A stretch of DNA of 45,802 bases. Source: Desulfurococcaceae archaeon (GTDB lineage: Archaea; Thermoproteota; Thermoprotei_A; Sulfolobales; Desulfurococcaceae). Each line of letters starts with the position of its first letter. Positions within the stretch are counted from its first letter, which is position 1. The translations under genes and the position numbers were made by a program. The stretch lies in contig JAWBBW010000011.1 in the NCBI GenBank assembly GCA_038824035.1, positions 1 through 45,802 on the forward strand. Direction: 5' to 3'. The notes beneath the pieces were generated by a model. The model was not told where the DNA came from. It worked only from the letters and a program-made list of their open reading frames with translations, and ran no database searches. Below, one piece after another: positions 20,906 to 30,544 of this stretch.

Positions 20906-20976
20906 AAGTGCAATACCCTTCGACACCCCGATTTGGGGAGGATGAAAAAGGGTAGCCGCGGGGTTATTTCACAAAT
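20906..20976 (+). ncRNA. H/ACA-like guide sRNA (weak lower stem)
   Basis: Stem UACCCUU/AAGGGUA, K-turn cGA / gauGA with a CCCC/GGGG cap, 3' guide GCCGCGGG, and ACA (20971-20973) 16 nt from the stem. A TTTTAAA box lies ~25 nt upstream. Confidence 0.7.
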
Positions 20977-21094
20977 CTCCTATTCATGCTTGTCCAATGC
21001 TGTGATATTGCAAAATACAAATGCCGTGAATACTGATTAGACATCGCAGGTGAATTAGATATTATTTTATTTTTATTCATGGAGGATAAAGGGC

Positions 21095-22474
21095 GTGGTA
21101 TCAATGGTGATACATCTCAGTGCCAGGGATATCGAGGCATTGGTCAAGGCTGTGAAATTCGGTGAGGAGATAAAGCCAAGTCAACAGGCTAAGAGAGAGG
21201 TTTTCAGGGAATATAAAATACTTGGCACAGAGAAAGACCAGGCATTGACGGGGATATTCTATGATTTGTGGAAGAGAATGGGTATCATAGACAGGATAAT
21301 ATGTGAGGTCACGGGGATCAATAATGTGGCTATATTAGATCCATGGTTAAGAGCGGCATTACGAGTAGCGATAAAGATACTTGTCTTTCAGAGGCATCTA
21401 AATGAGCCGAGAAACAGAGATCTCAGGGACATGTATATAAATTACTTTAAAACGAGGATAGCTAAGTTCCTCTCCGATACAACGCATCCCTATGTTGGTG
21501 TATATTTCTGGGATGTAGTGGATAAAATAGCCAATTACAAATGGAGACCAAGGGATATGTATGAGATATGGGAGTACAAGTACATGGTATCGAGCTTCAT
21601 AGTAAAGAAAATGATTGAACTAGTAGGTAAAAAGGACGCCAAGTTGATATTTAGGAAATTCAATGAACCATACCCAATAAATATAAGGGTTAATGTATTG
21701 AAAGCCAGCGTCGAGGAGGTCTTGGAGGAGTTGAGAAAAGAGGGGTATAGACCGGAACGAGGAAGATTTGTACCCACTGTGATAAAATTTCACGGACCTT
21801 ACAACTTCGAGAAATCAAGATTATTCAACGAGGGTAAAATCATAATACAAGATGAAGCAGCGGCAATGGCATCTATGATCCTAGATCCGAAGCCAGGAGA
21901 AGTGATCGTGGATATGTGCGCAGCGCCAGGTGGGAAGACAGAGCACATGGGGGAATTAATGCGCAACGATGGCTTGATCCATGCTTTCGACATAAATGAA
22001 GATAGGATCAATAGGATGAAAGAGCTCTTATCAAGGGCTGGGATAAACATCGTTAAGATATATAAGGAGGATGCCAGGAGAGCTTGTGATATCCTCGGTG
22101 AAGGTATAGCGGATAGGGTACTTTTAGACGCTCCCTGTACATCGAGTGGTACTTTGATGAAAAACCAGGAATTAAGGTGGAGAATTACGAGAGAAGGTGT
22201 GGAAAAAGCGTGTAAGCTACAATATGAGTTATTGGAAACGGCGATCAGGCTTACAAAGAAAGGTGGTAAGATATTGTATACAACATGTTCGTTGTTCAAG
22301 GAAGAGAACGAGGATATTGTTGAGAAAATACTTAACAAGTACAGGGATAGAATACGGCTTATCACGTTGAATGGGCCTTTTAGTCAGGGATTTATCCCTG
22401 GGACTATGAGGGCATGGCCGCATATACATGGAACTATAGGGTTTTTCTACGCATTATTTGAGAGAATCGGCTGA
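21095..22474 (+). CDS. RsmB/NOP2/Sun-family RNA m5C methyltransferase with N-terminal NusB-like region
   Basis: IQDEAA, DMCAAPGGKT, LDAPCTSSG and YTTCS (both catalytic Cys). Confidence 0.92.
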   Translation: MVSMVIHLSARDIEALVKAVKFGEEIKPSQQAKREVFREYKILGTEKDQALTGIFYDLWKRMGIIDRIICEVTGINNVAILDPWLRAALRVAIKILVFQRHLNEPRNRDLRDMYINYFKTRIAKFLSDTTHPYVGVYFWDVVDKIANYKWRPRDMYEIWEYKYMVSSFIVKKMIELVGKKDAKLIFRKFNEPYPINIRVNVLKASVEEVLEELRKEGYRPERGRFVPTVIKFHGPYNFEKSRLFNEGKIIIQDEAAAMASMILDPKPGEVIVDMCAAPGGKTEHMGELMRNDGLIHAFDINEDRINRMKELLSRAGINIVKIYKEDARRACDILGEGIADRVLLDAPCTSSGTLMKNQELRWRITREGVEKACKLQYELLETAIRLTKKGGKILYTTCSLFKEENEDIVEKILNKYRDRIRLITLNGPFSQGFIPGTMRAWPHIHGTIGFFYALFERIG

Positions 22475-22486
22475 GCTATGCGTTGT

Positions 22487-22984
22487 TCAAAACATGAATA
22501 TGGTCTTCAATATTGTCGCACCAAGCAAGGTGGCGATTAACACGATCGATGATGCCATTAACACGCCGATTTCTATTGCCATTATGGATTTCTTCCGGTC
22601 TAATCCAAGTATGTAAGCCACAAGTGTCCCCGTCCATGCACCCGTGGCTGGCAATGGTATACCCACAAACAGTGCTAATGCTATGTAACTTTCTTTTCTC
22701 AGTTTAACAGCCTTTCTATTGCCTATTTCTAGGATCTTGTAGTAAATACTTTTCACGAATATGGAAGTACGCCTATGTCTCACTAACATATCTATTATAT
22801 CAAGTGCTTTGAATGCTATAAATGGAACTGCCATGTTTGATAATACACTGAGAACCACCCCTAGCACGAGATAATGGCTATCACTTGTAGTTATGAATAT
22901 ATATGGTAATGCCCCCCTAATTTCACTCACTGGTAGAAGCGCTATCAACATGGATATCACAATATCTCTCACATCCCCCTGCAA
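22487..22984 (-). CDS. Small multidrug export-like membrane protein (COG2426)
   Basis: LPVSEIRGALP and LFVGIPLPATGAWTG signature motifs. Confidence 0.85.
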   Translation of the reverse strand: MQGDVRDIVISMLIALLPVSEIRGALPYIFITTSDSHYLVLGVVLSVLSNMAVPFIAFKALDIIDMLVRHRRTSIFVKSIYYKILEIGNRKAVKLRKESYIALALFVGIPLPATGAWTGTLVAYILGLDRKKSIMAIEIGVLMASSIVLIATLLGATILKTIFMF

Positions 22985-23002
22985 TCATGGTCACCACGTG
23001 TG

Positions 23003-24673
23003 TTAACTGGTCTCAGGTATCTCGTACTTGTGTCCATGTATAGCGTCTTTGATTATGTCCTCTGCTATCTGAATCATCCTTGCCAGGTCATTCTCGTTTA
23101 GTTTTCTGTATTTATCTCTATTAACGTAGATCGTTATTAAGGCCTCTGGTATTAGTCCTTGCTCTCTGGCGAATATATCAAGCGGTGTAGAAGTGATATG
23201 TACCACTTTCCCATTCTTAACATCAGCTATATCTATTGTCTTAAATACCTCGGATCCCGCTGATGGATATATATCTATCTTGTCTATTATAATGTTCACG
23301 TCGTTTTCACTCAGCCCTCTGTGAGATAGGCTCGATGATATCTCTTTCGTTATTTTTTCCTTGAGATCTCTTTGAACGCTTTCACCAAATCTCGAACTGA
23401 ATAGAATAGGTGCTGTCCTTAGGTCAAAGAAAAATCTCTTGATTTGTTTCCATAATGGTTTCCTGTGTATGAAGAGGCTTTCAAGGGCGTCTTTGGCTAG
23501 GGCTTTGTCTTCGCATTCGTAACTAGACGGGTTTTCAGCTAGTAGTAATCGTAGCAACGATGAATATATGAAATGATCGGTTAAATACAAGTACTTGTCA
23601 AGGCCTTGTGAACCTCTCAATACGTTGTCAATAATGCTTGCTATCTCTGTCTTAATACATGGCAATAAGAATCCAATGGTTTCTATAAACGCCCTGTTAA
23701 CCGGGTGTAAATACACGTTCTTATACATGATCTTTCTTGCATCAAATAACCTGGTTATTTCATCTATAGCCTTGTAGGCTATGGCTATTCCAAGTCTCGA
23801 GTCTTCTTTTTCAAGTATATATGAGTTCCTTATTATCCATTCCTCGTTTATCTGGCCAACTGGAACTCCTGTGAAATAGCTATCTCGCCTCAAATAATCC
23901 ATTATATCGCTCGTGTATATATAATCCCTTACAGTCAACCTGACTATGTTTTCAAAACCATGTATTTCGCTCGGATTGTAGAAATCACTGTCGTTCAACA
24001 CGCCATTCGATACCAGGTCTGTGAATTCACGTGTGCTTTGAGAAGGCTTCATACCACTGTCTAGGAGATGTAGTAGGTATTCTCTATCCAGTCCCAGGGT
24101 GTTTGCATTCTCAGCTATTATTTTTTCCAACAAATCCTTCACGAAATCTCTATACAGTATATACCCTATTATTTCATGATTTCCAACTCTATATCCGAGG
24201 AAATCCCGTTTGCCATAGACATATTGATCAAATGCGTGGCTGAAGGGACCATGTCCTATGTCGTGTAAAAGCCCTAGTAATCTCGATGCGAAAACGAGTT
24301 CTCTTTGCTTATTCATCAATATGTTCTTGTTCTCGACAGATAAGTTAGAGCTCGCCGATGATTTGATCATAAATGAAATATACCTATAAGAGACATGCAT
24401 AACTCCAAGTGAGTGTGAAAACCTAGAATGTGTCGCTCCGGGGTATATGAAATGAGCAGCCTGTAACTGATAAATATACCTAAGTCTCTGGATGACCCAG
24501 GAATCCATGACTCTGTCTTCAAACCCTTTGATATAATCTATGTATCCATAGATCGGGTCTTTGACCTGTGCGTTAAATGGTGTAAACATCTGTGGCTCCT
24601 GGGCCGGGAAATCCATGGGAATATACACCGCTGGTAAATAGACCTCGGTGCTCAACTTACTACCCTTATCCAC
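23003..24673 (-). CDS. HD-domain phosphohydrolase (SAMHD1/dNTPase-like, COG1078)
   Basis: KDPIYG, QRLRYIYQL, HSRFSHSLG, LLHDIGHGPFSH, DIMDYLRRD and VYLHP. Confidence 0.9.
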   Translation of the reverse strand: MDKGSKLSTEVYLPAVYIPMDFPAQEPQMFTPFNAQVKDPIYGYIDYIKGFEDRVMDSWVIQRLRYIYQLQAAHFIYPGATHSRFSHSLGVMHVSYRYISFMIKSSASSNLSVENKNILMNKQRELVFASRLLGLLHDIGHGPFSHAFDQYVYGKRDFLGYRVGNHEIIGYILYRDFVKDLLEKIIAENANTLGLDREYLLHLLDSGMKPSQSTREFTDLVSNGVLNDSDFYNPSEIHGFENIVRLTVRDYIYTSDIMDYLRRDSYFTGVPVGQINEEWIIRNSYILEKEDSRLGIAIAYKAIDEITRLFDARKIMYKNVYLHPVNRAFIETIGFLLPCIKTEIASIIDNVLRGSQGLDKYLYLTDHFIYSSLLRLLLAENPSSYECEDKALAKDALESLFIHRKPLWKQIKRFFFDLRTAPILFSSRFGESVQRDLKEKITKEISSSLSHRGLSENDVNIIIDKIDIYPSAGSEVFKTIDIADVKNGKVVHITSTPLDIFAREQGLIPEALITIYVNRDKYRKLNENDLARMIQIAEDIIKDAIHGHKYEIPETS

Positions 24674-24714
24674 GATCCCCTCTATGTTCAGGGTTTATTA
24701 AAAACTTTTGAAAA

Positions 24715-24912
24715 CTAGTGTTCCCTGTAGAAAACCTTATATGGGTTATCCATGAAAAATCCCTGTTTACACCTTGGGCATATTACCAATATAGGTCTTT
24801 CCCGTTCTTCTCTTGTAATGCTGGAATTGACCATATACAGTGTTGTTTCATACATGTAGTCGTAGTTTTCACTGGAGCCTTCAAACCCGCAGAAAGGGCA
24901 CTTTATCTTCAT
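24715..24912 (-). CDS. Small zinc-ribbon protein
   Basis: CPFCG and CPRC pairs in 65 aa, co-oriented upstream of the HD gene. Confidence 0.7.
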   Translation of the reverse strand: MKIKCPFCGFEGSSENYDYMYETTLYMVNSSITREERERPILVICPRCKQGFFMDNPYKVFYREH

Positions 24913-25070
24913 GTATTCACCGTTTTATATATCCATAGTGTAAACTTATTTAGCTTTTTGGCTTTTATATGATGATGTGGTTAGTTTTATTAACATATCC
25001 ATTAACAATTAGATTATACATGGAAAAATTTATAAACCAATCTAATTTTTAAATTAAAATAGTGGTTGGT

Positions 25071-25775
25071 ATGCCTGGCACCATACCATTGATTGGTGAA
25101 AAGTTCCCTGAAATGGAAGTAGTAACGACTCATGGTAAGAGAAAACTGCCAGATGACTATAAGGGCAAGTGGCTGGTCTTATTCAGCCATCCAGCAGATT
25201 TCACTCCTGTGTGCACCACGGAGTTCGTGGCATTTGCCAAGAGATACGACGACTTTAAGAAACTGAATACCGAGTTGCTTGGACTGAGTGTTGACAGCGT
25301 GTATTCCCATATAAAGTGGATGGAGTGGATTAAGGAGAAATTGGGCGTTGAAATACCTTTCCCAATAATAGCTGATCCCAATGGCGAGGTCTCTAGGAAA
25401 CTCGGGTTCCTCCACGCCCAGAGCGCTACGCACACTGTGAGGGCTGTGATAATAGTTGACCCTGATGGAGTAGTCAGGGCTATATTGTACTATCCACAGG
25501 AAGCCGGTAGGAACATGGATGAGATACTCAGGTTATTGAAGATCTTACAACTGAATACTAAATATAAGAGAGCTTTCCCAGCTAACTGGCCAAATAACGA
25601 AATCGTGGATGACGCTGTAATAGTTCCACCAGCATCGACTATTCAGGAAGCGCAGGAAAGAGTAAAACAATACAAGTGCTTTGATTGGTGGATGTGTTAC
25701 GAAGAGGGCAAAATACCAAAGGAGGAGGTAGAGGAGGTTAGAAGCTGGCTTAGGAGAGTGGCTAAGGCCCTTTAA
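25071..25775 (+). CDS. Peroxiredoxin (archaeal Prx6/TPx type)
   Basis: [29 protein letters not shown] and C-terminal CFDWWMC. Confidence 0.95.
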   Translation: MPGTIPLIGEKFPEMEVVTTHGKRKLPDDYKGKWLVLFSHPADFTPVCTTEFVAFAKRYDDFKKLNTELLGLSVDSVYSHIKWMEWIKEKLGVEIPFPIIADPNGEVSRKLGFLHAQSATHTVRAVIIVDPDGVVRAILYYPQEAGRNMDEILRLLKILQLNTKYKRAFPANWPNNEIVDDAVIVPPASTIQEAQERVKQYKCFDWWMCYEEGKIPKEEVEEVRSWLRRVAKAL

Positions 25776-25871
25776 TAATCTCTGCATCCAACTCGTTTTT
25801 TACTATTCTTTCTTCACATCGTCCTGTCGTTAACGTTATTTTGTTTAAAGGAGAAACAGAGATGAGGGGGT

Positions 25872-27074
25872 GTGATGGCGTATAATACACACATAGTAAA
25901 GGTTACTAAGGACCTGTATTTACTCAGGTTTGATGATCACAATACAAAGTATTTCGAGGCTCTGTGGGAAATACCCGAGGGGATCACTTATAATTCATAT
26001 TTATTAACCACTAGTGAAGGCGCGGTTGTCTTTGATACATGGAAAAAAGGCTTGGAAGAACAATACATTGAGAGTTTAAACAATGTCGTTGACCTCCGGG
26101 ATATCAGGTACATAGTTGTTCACCACATGGAGCCTGATCACAGCGGTTGTGTGAAAAAGCTAGTTGAAATAAGTAATGCCAAGGTGCTTGGACATCAATT
26201 AGCCGGTAAAATGATGTCATCGTTTTATAATTTTCACTTCGATTTCAAGCCAATAAATGATAACGAGGAAATGTCGATCGGCGAATATAGGATAAGATTT
26301 ACGCATACACCATGGCTTCACTGGCCAGAGACCATTATGAGCTATGTGGTTGAGAACAAGGTTCTGCTATCCTGTGATGCGTTTGGATCATATGGTGTTT
26401 TCAACAAGTTTTTCTATGATGAGCTAGATGAAAGTGAGAAAGGGAATTATAGGAAATTTGTGAGGAAATATTTCGCGAACATAATAGGCTCGTACAGGGA
26501 TTGGGTTGTTAAAAACATGGATAAAATCGCTTCGCGAAACATCGTCCCCAATATTATCGCGCCTTCTCATGGGCTTGTGTTTAGAGATGGCAATGTAGCC
26601 GAAATATTGGATATGTATAGACAGCTCGGCCTAGGCGTAACCAGTAAGGACAAGCTCGTGGTGATCTATTCGTCTATGTACGGGTTTGTGAAAGAATTGA
26701 TCGAGCAATTGAAGGATAAGATCGCGGGAATAGGCATGGAGTTCAAGACATTTGGATTCACAGATACCTACAGGGATGCATTGAGCGAGATGGTCAGCGA
26801 GGCCTATGATAGCTGGAAAATAATCATAGCCACCTCTGCATACGATGCAAAGGCTTTCCCGATTATAAGGCACGTGGTGAACGTGATCTCGAGGAAAACG
26901 CCGAGAAATAAATCAGTAGTTGTAATAGTTCTCTCAGGATGGGGGGTTAGAGTTGGAGATGAGATAGTCAAGGTGTTTAAGGAAGCCGGTTACACTAGTA
27001 TCGACTTGGTAGAATTCCCAGTGGGGGAACAGGACAAGTATATTCACAAAATATTAGACTTGATAACGCGTTGA
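25872..27074 (+). CDS. fprA: Flavodiiron protein (A-type flavoprotein)
   Basis: GITYNSYL, HMEPDHSG, LHWPE, CDAFG, APSHG and a flavodoxin-like YSSMYG. Confidence 0.9.
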   Translation: MMAYNTHIVKVTKDLYLLRFDDHNTKYFEALWEIPEGITYNSYLLTTSEGAVVFDTWKKGLEEQYIESLNNVVDLRDIRYIVVHHMEPDHSGCVKKLVEISNAKVLGHQLAGKMMSSFYNFHFDFKPINDNEEMSIGEYRIRFTHTPWLHWPETIMSYVVENKVLLSCDAFGSYGVFNKFFYDELDESEKGNYRKFVRKYFANIIGSYRDWVVKNMDKIASRNIVPNIIAPSHGLVFRDGNVAEILDMYRQLGLGVTSKDKLVVIYSSMYGFVKELIEQLKDKIAGIGMEFKTFGFTDTYRDALSEMVSEAYDSWKIIIATSAYDAKAFPIIRHVVNVISRKTPRNKSVVVIVLSGWGVRVGDEIVKVFKEAGYTSIDLVEFPVGEQDKYIHKILDLITR

Positions 27075-27089
27075 AAAACAGTGATGTGA

Positions 27090-28166
27090 ATGAGTATTTG
27101 GAAATTGAGGAAAGCCATGTTCAATGAGCTGTTAGGCCATGAGATATATCTTTTTATATCTAAGAATATCAGGGATCCCTCGCTCAGCAAAGCTCTTCGC
27201 CTATTTGCAGAAATGGAGAAAAAACATTACAATATTTTATGCAAAATAACAAGCGAACTGGGATATAGATGTATCAACCAGGGTTTTAAATACAAGTTGA
27301 AAAAGCTATTATACAGCTTATTATTCAGGGTGGTTAGCTATAAGTTGGCGTTGTTCTCAATGGAGTTGTCGGAAAAAGCGGCAGTTATTGATTACTGGGA
27401 AATGAGCAATGAGCCTGAATTCGTGAAATACCGGGATAAGTTCAAAGAGATCTTGATAGACGAGATAATTCATGAACAGCAGTTATATAGGGAGTTAAGG
27501 GGTTTTAATGTAAAGTTCGAGGGATTAAAAGACGCTGTATATGGCATGATCGACGCGTTAGTAGAGATCGAGGCCGGCGTGGTTGGGATAGCCACGGCGA
27601 CTAACCCTATCATAGCTGGTGTAGCGGGATTATTAGCCTCAATAGCGGGTTCATTGAGCATGGCCTCTGGCGCGTACTTGTCATCCAGATCTGAAAACGA
27701 GGTCTTGGAAACGGAGAATAAGAATATGGAAATATTGTTATCGATTAAACCAGTGGTGTTTATAGATAAGTTAATAGGTGATCTCAAGGACATGGATGAT
27801 CGTGTTGTGAACGAAATAAGCGAGCTAGTAAAGAGACAGCCTGGATTATTGCCAATATTAATGGGTCATATACACGAGAAATTAAACCCAAAGGTCGCGG
27901 CTTTAAATGCCGGCGTTTTCTATATCATGGGTTCTATAGCCCCGGTGTTGCCATTTCTACTCGGTTTGCCCCTGTTGCTTTCTATCGTGCTCTCGATAAC
28001 ACTTACACAAATAGCATTATTACTACTAACAGCGTTGATATCGATAATCACGGGTTCCAACTTTTTAAAGCTATATACCGAATACTCGGTGATAGTGTTG
28101 TTGTCCACTAGTATGACCATATTAATAGGTAAATTAGCGAGGTCTATGATAGGCATAGAGATGTGA
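27090..28166 (+). CDS. Ferritin/rubrerythrin-like domain fused to a VIT1/CCC1 iron transporter domain
   Basis: ExxH pairs (EKKH, EIIH) in the N-terminal part; DAVYGMIDALVE and GSLSMASGAYLS VIT motifs. Confidence 0.85.
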   Translation: MSIWKLRKAMFNELLGHEIYLFISKNIRDPSLSKALRLFAEMEKKHYNILCKITSELGYRCINQGFKYKLKKLLYSLLFRVVSYKLALFSMELSEKAAVIDYWEMSNEPEFVKYRDKFKEILIDEIIHEQQLYRELRGFNVKFEGLKDAVYGMIDALVEIEAGVVGIATATNPIIAGVAGLLASIAGSLSMASGAYLSSRSENEVLETENKNMEILLSIKPVVFIDKLIGDLKDMDDRVVNEISELVKRQPGLLPILMGHIHEKLNPKVAALNAGVFYIMGSIAPVLPFLLGLPLLLSIVLSITLTQIALLLLTALISIITGSNFLKLYTEYSVIVLLSTSMTILIGKLARSMIGIEM

Positions 28167-28182
28167 TCGACCGATTCCGACT

Positions 28183-28641
28183 CTATATATGTATTTCCTC
28201 TTTTAAAACCTCCATCAATATCGCTGGGTAAATATCTACGACGCCATCTATACTTTTGATCTCCTCGTGATGCCTTCTCAGTTCCTCAGCGTTCTTAGCT
28301 AGTATTAGTGCTAATATCTCGTGATCGCCCGTTGTCACGGCAAGGTATTTTATGTATTCTTTCTCGCAGAGGATTTTTGCAACATCAAACAGCTTCTCAG
28401 GTTTCACATTAATGCCCGTGAAACTGGCCTTTTCATAGCCCAGGGCCTTGAGATCCACTATTGTAACATATTTCTTGATAACGCCTTCTCTCTCTAGTTT
28501 CCGCACTCTCTTTATGACGGCTACATCGCTTATACCGGCTTTTTTGGCGATCTCTCTGAATGGTTTACGTGCATTATTCATCAGCTCATTTATTATTATT
28601 TTATCCACTTCGTCTAGCATCATAATCGCCTCGTAACACAA
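28183..28641 (-). CDS. lrpA: Lrp/AsnC transcriptional regulator (LrpA-like)
   Basis: HTH region NARKPFREIAKKAGIS...RVRKLE; TGINVKPEKLF, GDH and PAIL resemble Pyrococcus LrpA. Confidence 0.85.
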   Translation of the reverse strand: MCYEAIMMLDEVDKIIINELMNNARKPFREIAKKAGISDVAVIKRVRKLEREGVIKKYVTIVDLKALGYEKASFTGINVKPEKLFDVAKILCEKEYIKYLAVTTGDHEILALILAKNAEELRRHHEEIKSIDGVVDIYPAILMEVLKEEIHI

Positions 28642-28649
28642 TTCAAAGA

Positions 28650-28970
28650 TTACTGAGTATTTACTTTAAAAATGCCTATTCTCTTGTTAACATCGTTATC
28701 TGGTTCAACATATTCTATGAGCAGAGCTCTATGGCCGAGTTGTTCTATTATATACACTAGGTCCTCTACCCAATCCCGCACTCCACATGTAAAGCAGAAA
28801 TAACCCGTGAACTCTATTTTCACAATGTGATCACGTTCATCTATTTCAATGATCTTCGCCATCGCTTCAGGACTTCTCGTTTTGTTGTAGATATCAACGG
28901 CCTTTTCCACGACTTTTCTTAGTGAACCATTTTCTTTGAACAGTGAAATATACATGAAATATCCCTTCAA
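28650..28970 (-). CDS. Conserved hypothetical CxxC protein (NifU-C-like)
   Basis: RSPEA...VKIEFTGYFCFTCGVRDWVEDL. Confidence 0.65.
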   Translation of the reverse strand: MKGYFMYISLFKENGSLRKVVEKAVDIYNKTRSPEAMAKIIEIDERDHIVKIEFTGYFCFTCGVRDWVEDLVYIIEQLGHRALLIEYVEPDNDVNKRIGIFKVNTQ

Positions 28971-29124
28971 ATACGATCTAAGTTTTATTAACCAATTGAT
29001 TACAAATGTTTTACCAGTTAATAAGCTTTTTACCTTAATTACTCGTGGAGAAGGATACCATTAAAAATATCTTTTTAGCTTAACTACTTGTTGAATTAGT
29101 TGTTTAGATAAGCACTGGATCGTA

Positions 29125-29655
29125 ATGGTGATCTGCTTGGAGCATGATTTATTGGAATTATTGAGAAAAATGTTTATGCCCACTGGTGAGAAGAAAAAAG
29201 GAGTACCTGGTATGGAGTTCGATAAGGTAGAACCGGATTCACCAAACGGCGTTTATGTATACGACTTTTCAAAGAATAAATGGGTTCTCAAACAAGTGGA
29301 TGATGGCCCTATTCAGCCATGGGAAGATGGCTATTATGTTATATATTTCGATAACGCCAAGTGCCCGGCGTGTAGAGCATATGATAATTATTGGTTTCCA
29401 TTTGTCAAATTATTTGGAGCAACATTTAAGAACACCCATTACGTCATCGTCCTCTGTGATTGGTTTGCAAGGGAGTGTTCATCCGATGCGGCAAGCGGTA
29501 CTTTTAGGAAATTCGACGTTCATGCATCCCCTACTACGATATTGATCTACGTGATGAACAATGAGATCAAATCACAGGAAGTGATAAGCGGCGTTAAGAA
29601 AATAGATGAACTCCTAAATGCAATTACACAGTTTATTAGCAAGAACACTGGCTAA
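29125..29655 (+). CDS. Thioredoxin-fold protein
   Basis: YFDNAKCPACR active site and cis-Pro motif ASPT. Confidence 0.8.
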   Translation: MVICLEHDLLELLRKMFMPTGEKKKGVPGMEFDKVEPDSPNGVYVYDFSKNKWVLKQVDDGPIQPWEDGYYVIYFDNAKCPACRAYDNYWFPFVKLFGATFKNTHYVIVLCDWFARECSSDAASGTFRKFDVHASPTTILIYVMNNEIKSQEVISGVKKIDELLNAITQFISKNTG

Positions 29656-29683
29656 GTAACCCAGAGTATATCAGTGAAACTTT

Positions 29684-30544
29684 ATGGTCAATATCGATGT
29701 ACCAGATATTCACTATGAGAGACCATTAGAGAGGATAGGTATAAACAGTGTTGGCTTAAAGAACGTGAAAACACCGCCATTACGCAATGATCGTTACTGG
29801 TTATACCCGGCATTCCATATTCTCGTATCTCTGCCCCCTCATATGAGGGGGGTTCATGTCTCCAGGCTTTACGAATCACTGGTAGAATACATTCAACCAG
29901 GCATGGAAATAGGAATAGATGTCTTAGAGAAAATAGCAATAAAGATCTTGGAAAGAAACGAGTACACATCTAAGGCGATTGTATATATGAGGGCATATGT
30001 AATGCGCCAGGATATGGATAAAAGGGGTTTCCCATATTATAGTGGAGATGATTTGGTTTATATAAAGATAATTATGGCCAGGGATCGAGGTCTAGTTAGA
30101 AGAGACCTCGGCATTGGATTATACACGCCAATAGCATGTCCATGTGCATTGGCCACGGCTGGCCATGTCTTTGGAAAGCCATATACACATATGAACAAGG
30201 CGTGGTTAAAGTTGATCATATCCTCTAATACCCTGGCGGTTTTCCCTACATTGTTCTTACATGATCTGGACAATATATTGAGACCGGTGAATTTATTGAA
30301 GAAAATGGATGAGGCCTTGATGGTTAAGAAAATCGTTGAGAACCCAATGTTCCTAGAAGACCTGGTGAGGAGGGCTGTTTGTATACTTGTCCATAAATAT
30401 ATTGATAAACTACGTGGGGACGATACCATAATCGCAAAGGCACATAGCATAGAGCCCTTACATGAATATCAGTTAAAAGCGTTTCTCAGGGGAAAAATCA
30501 GTGAATTGATCGGTGGATGCAGAGTTGAAATGGCTAATACCTAG
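29684..30544 (+). CDS. mptA: GTP cyclohydrolase, MptA/FolE2 family
   Basis: INSVG, RGVHVSR, ACPCA, NPMFLED and EPLH; first gene of the pterin operon. Confidence 0.8.
   Translation: MVNIDVPDIHYERPLERIGINSVGLKNVKTPPLRNDRYWLYPAFHILVSLPPHMRGVHVSRLYESLVEYIQPGMEIGIDVLEKIAIKILERNEYTSKAIVYMRAYVMRQDMDKRGFPYYSGDDLVYIKIIMARDRGLVRRDLGIGLYTPIACPCALATAGHVFGKPYTHMNKAWLKLIISSNTLAVFPTLFLHDLDNILRPVNLLKKMDEALMVKKIVENPMFLEDLVRRAVCILVHKYIDKLRGDDTIIAKAHSIEPLHEYQLKAFLRGKISELIGGCRVEMANT

Noticed and set aside
20975-21045. Possible second hairpin (TATTCATG/CGTGAATA) with CTGA and ACA after the H/ACA RNA
   Set aside because: AT-rich, with no K-turn, wrong ACA spacing and no box C.
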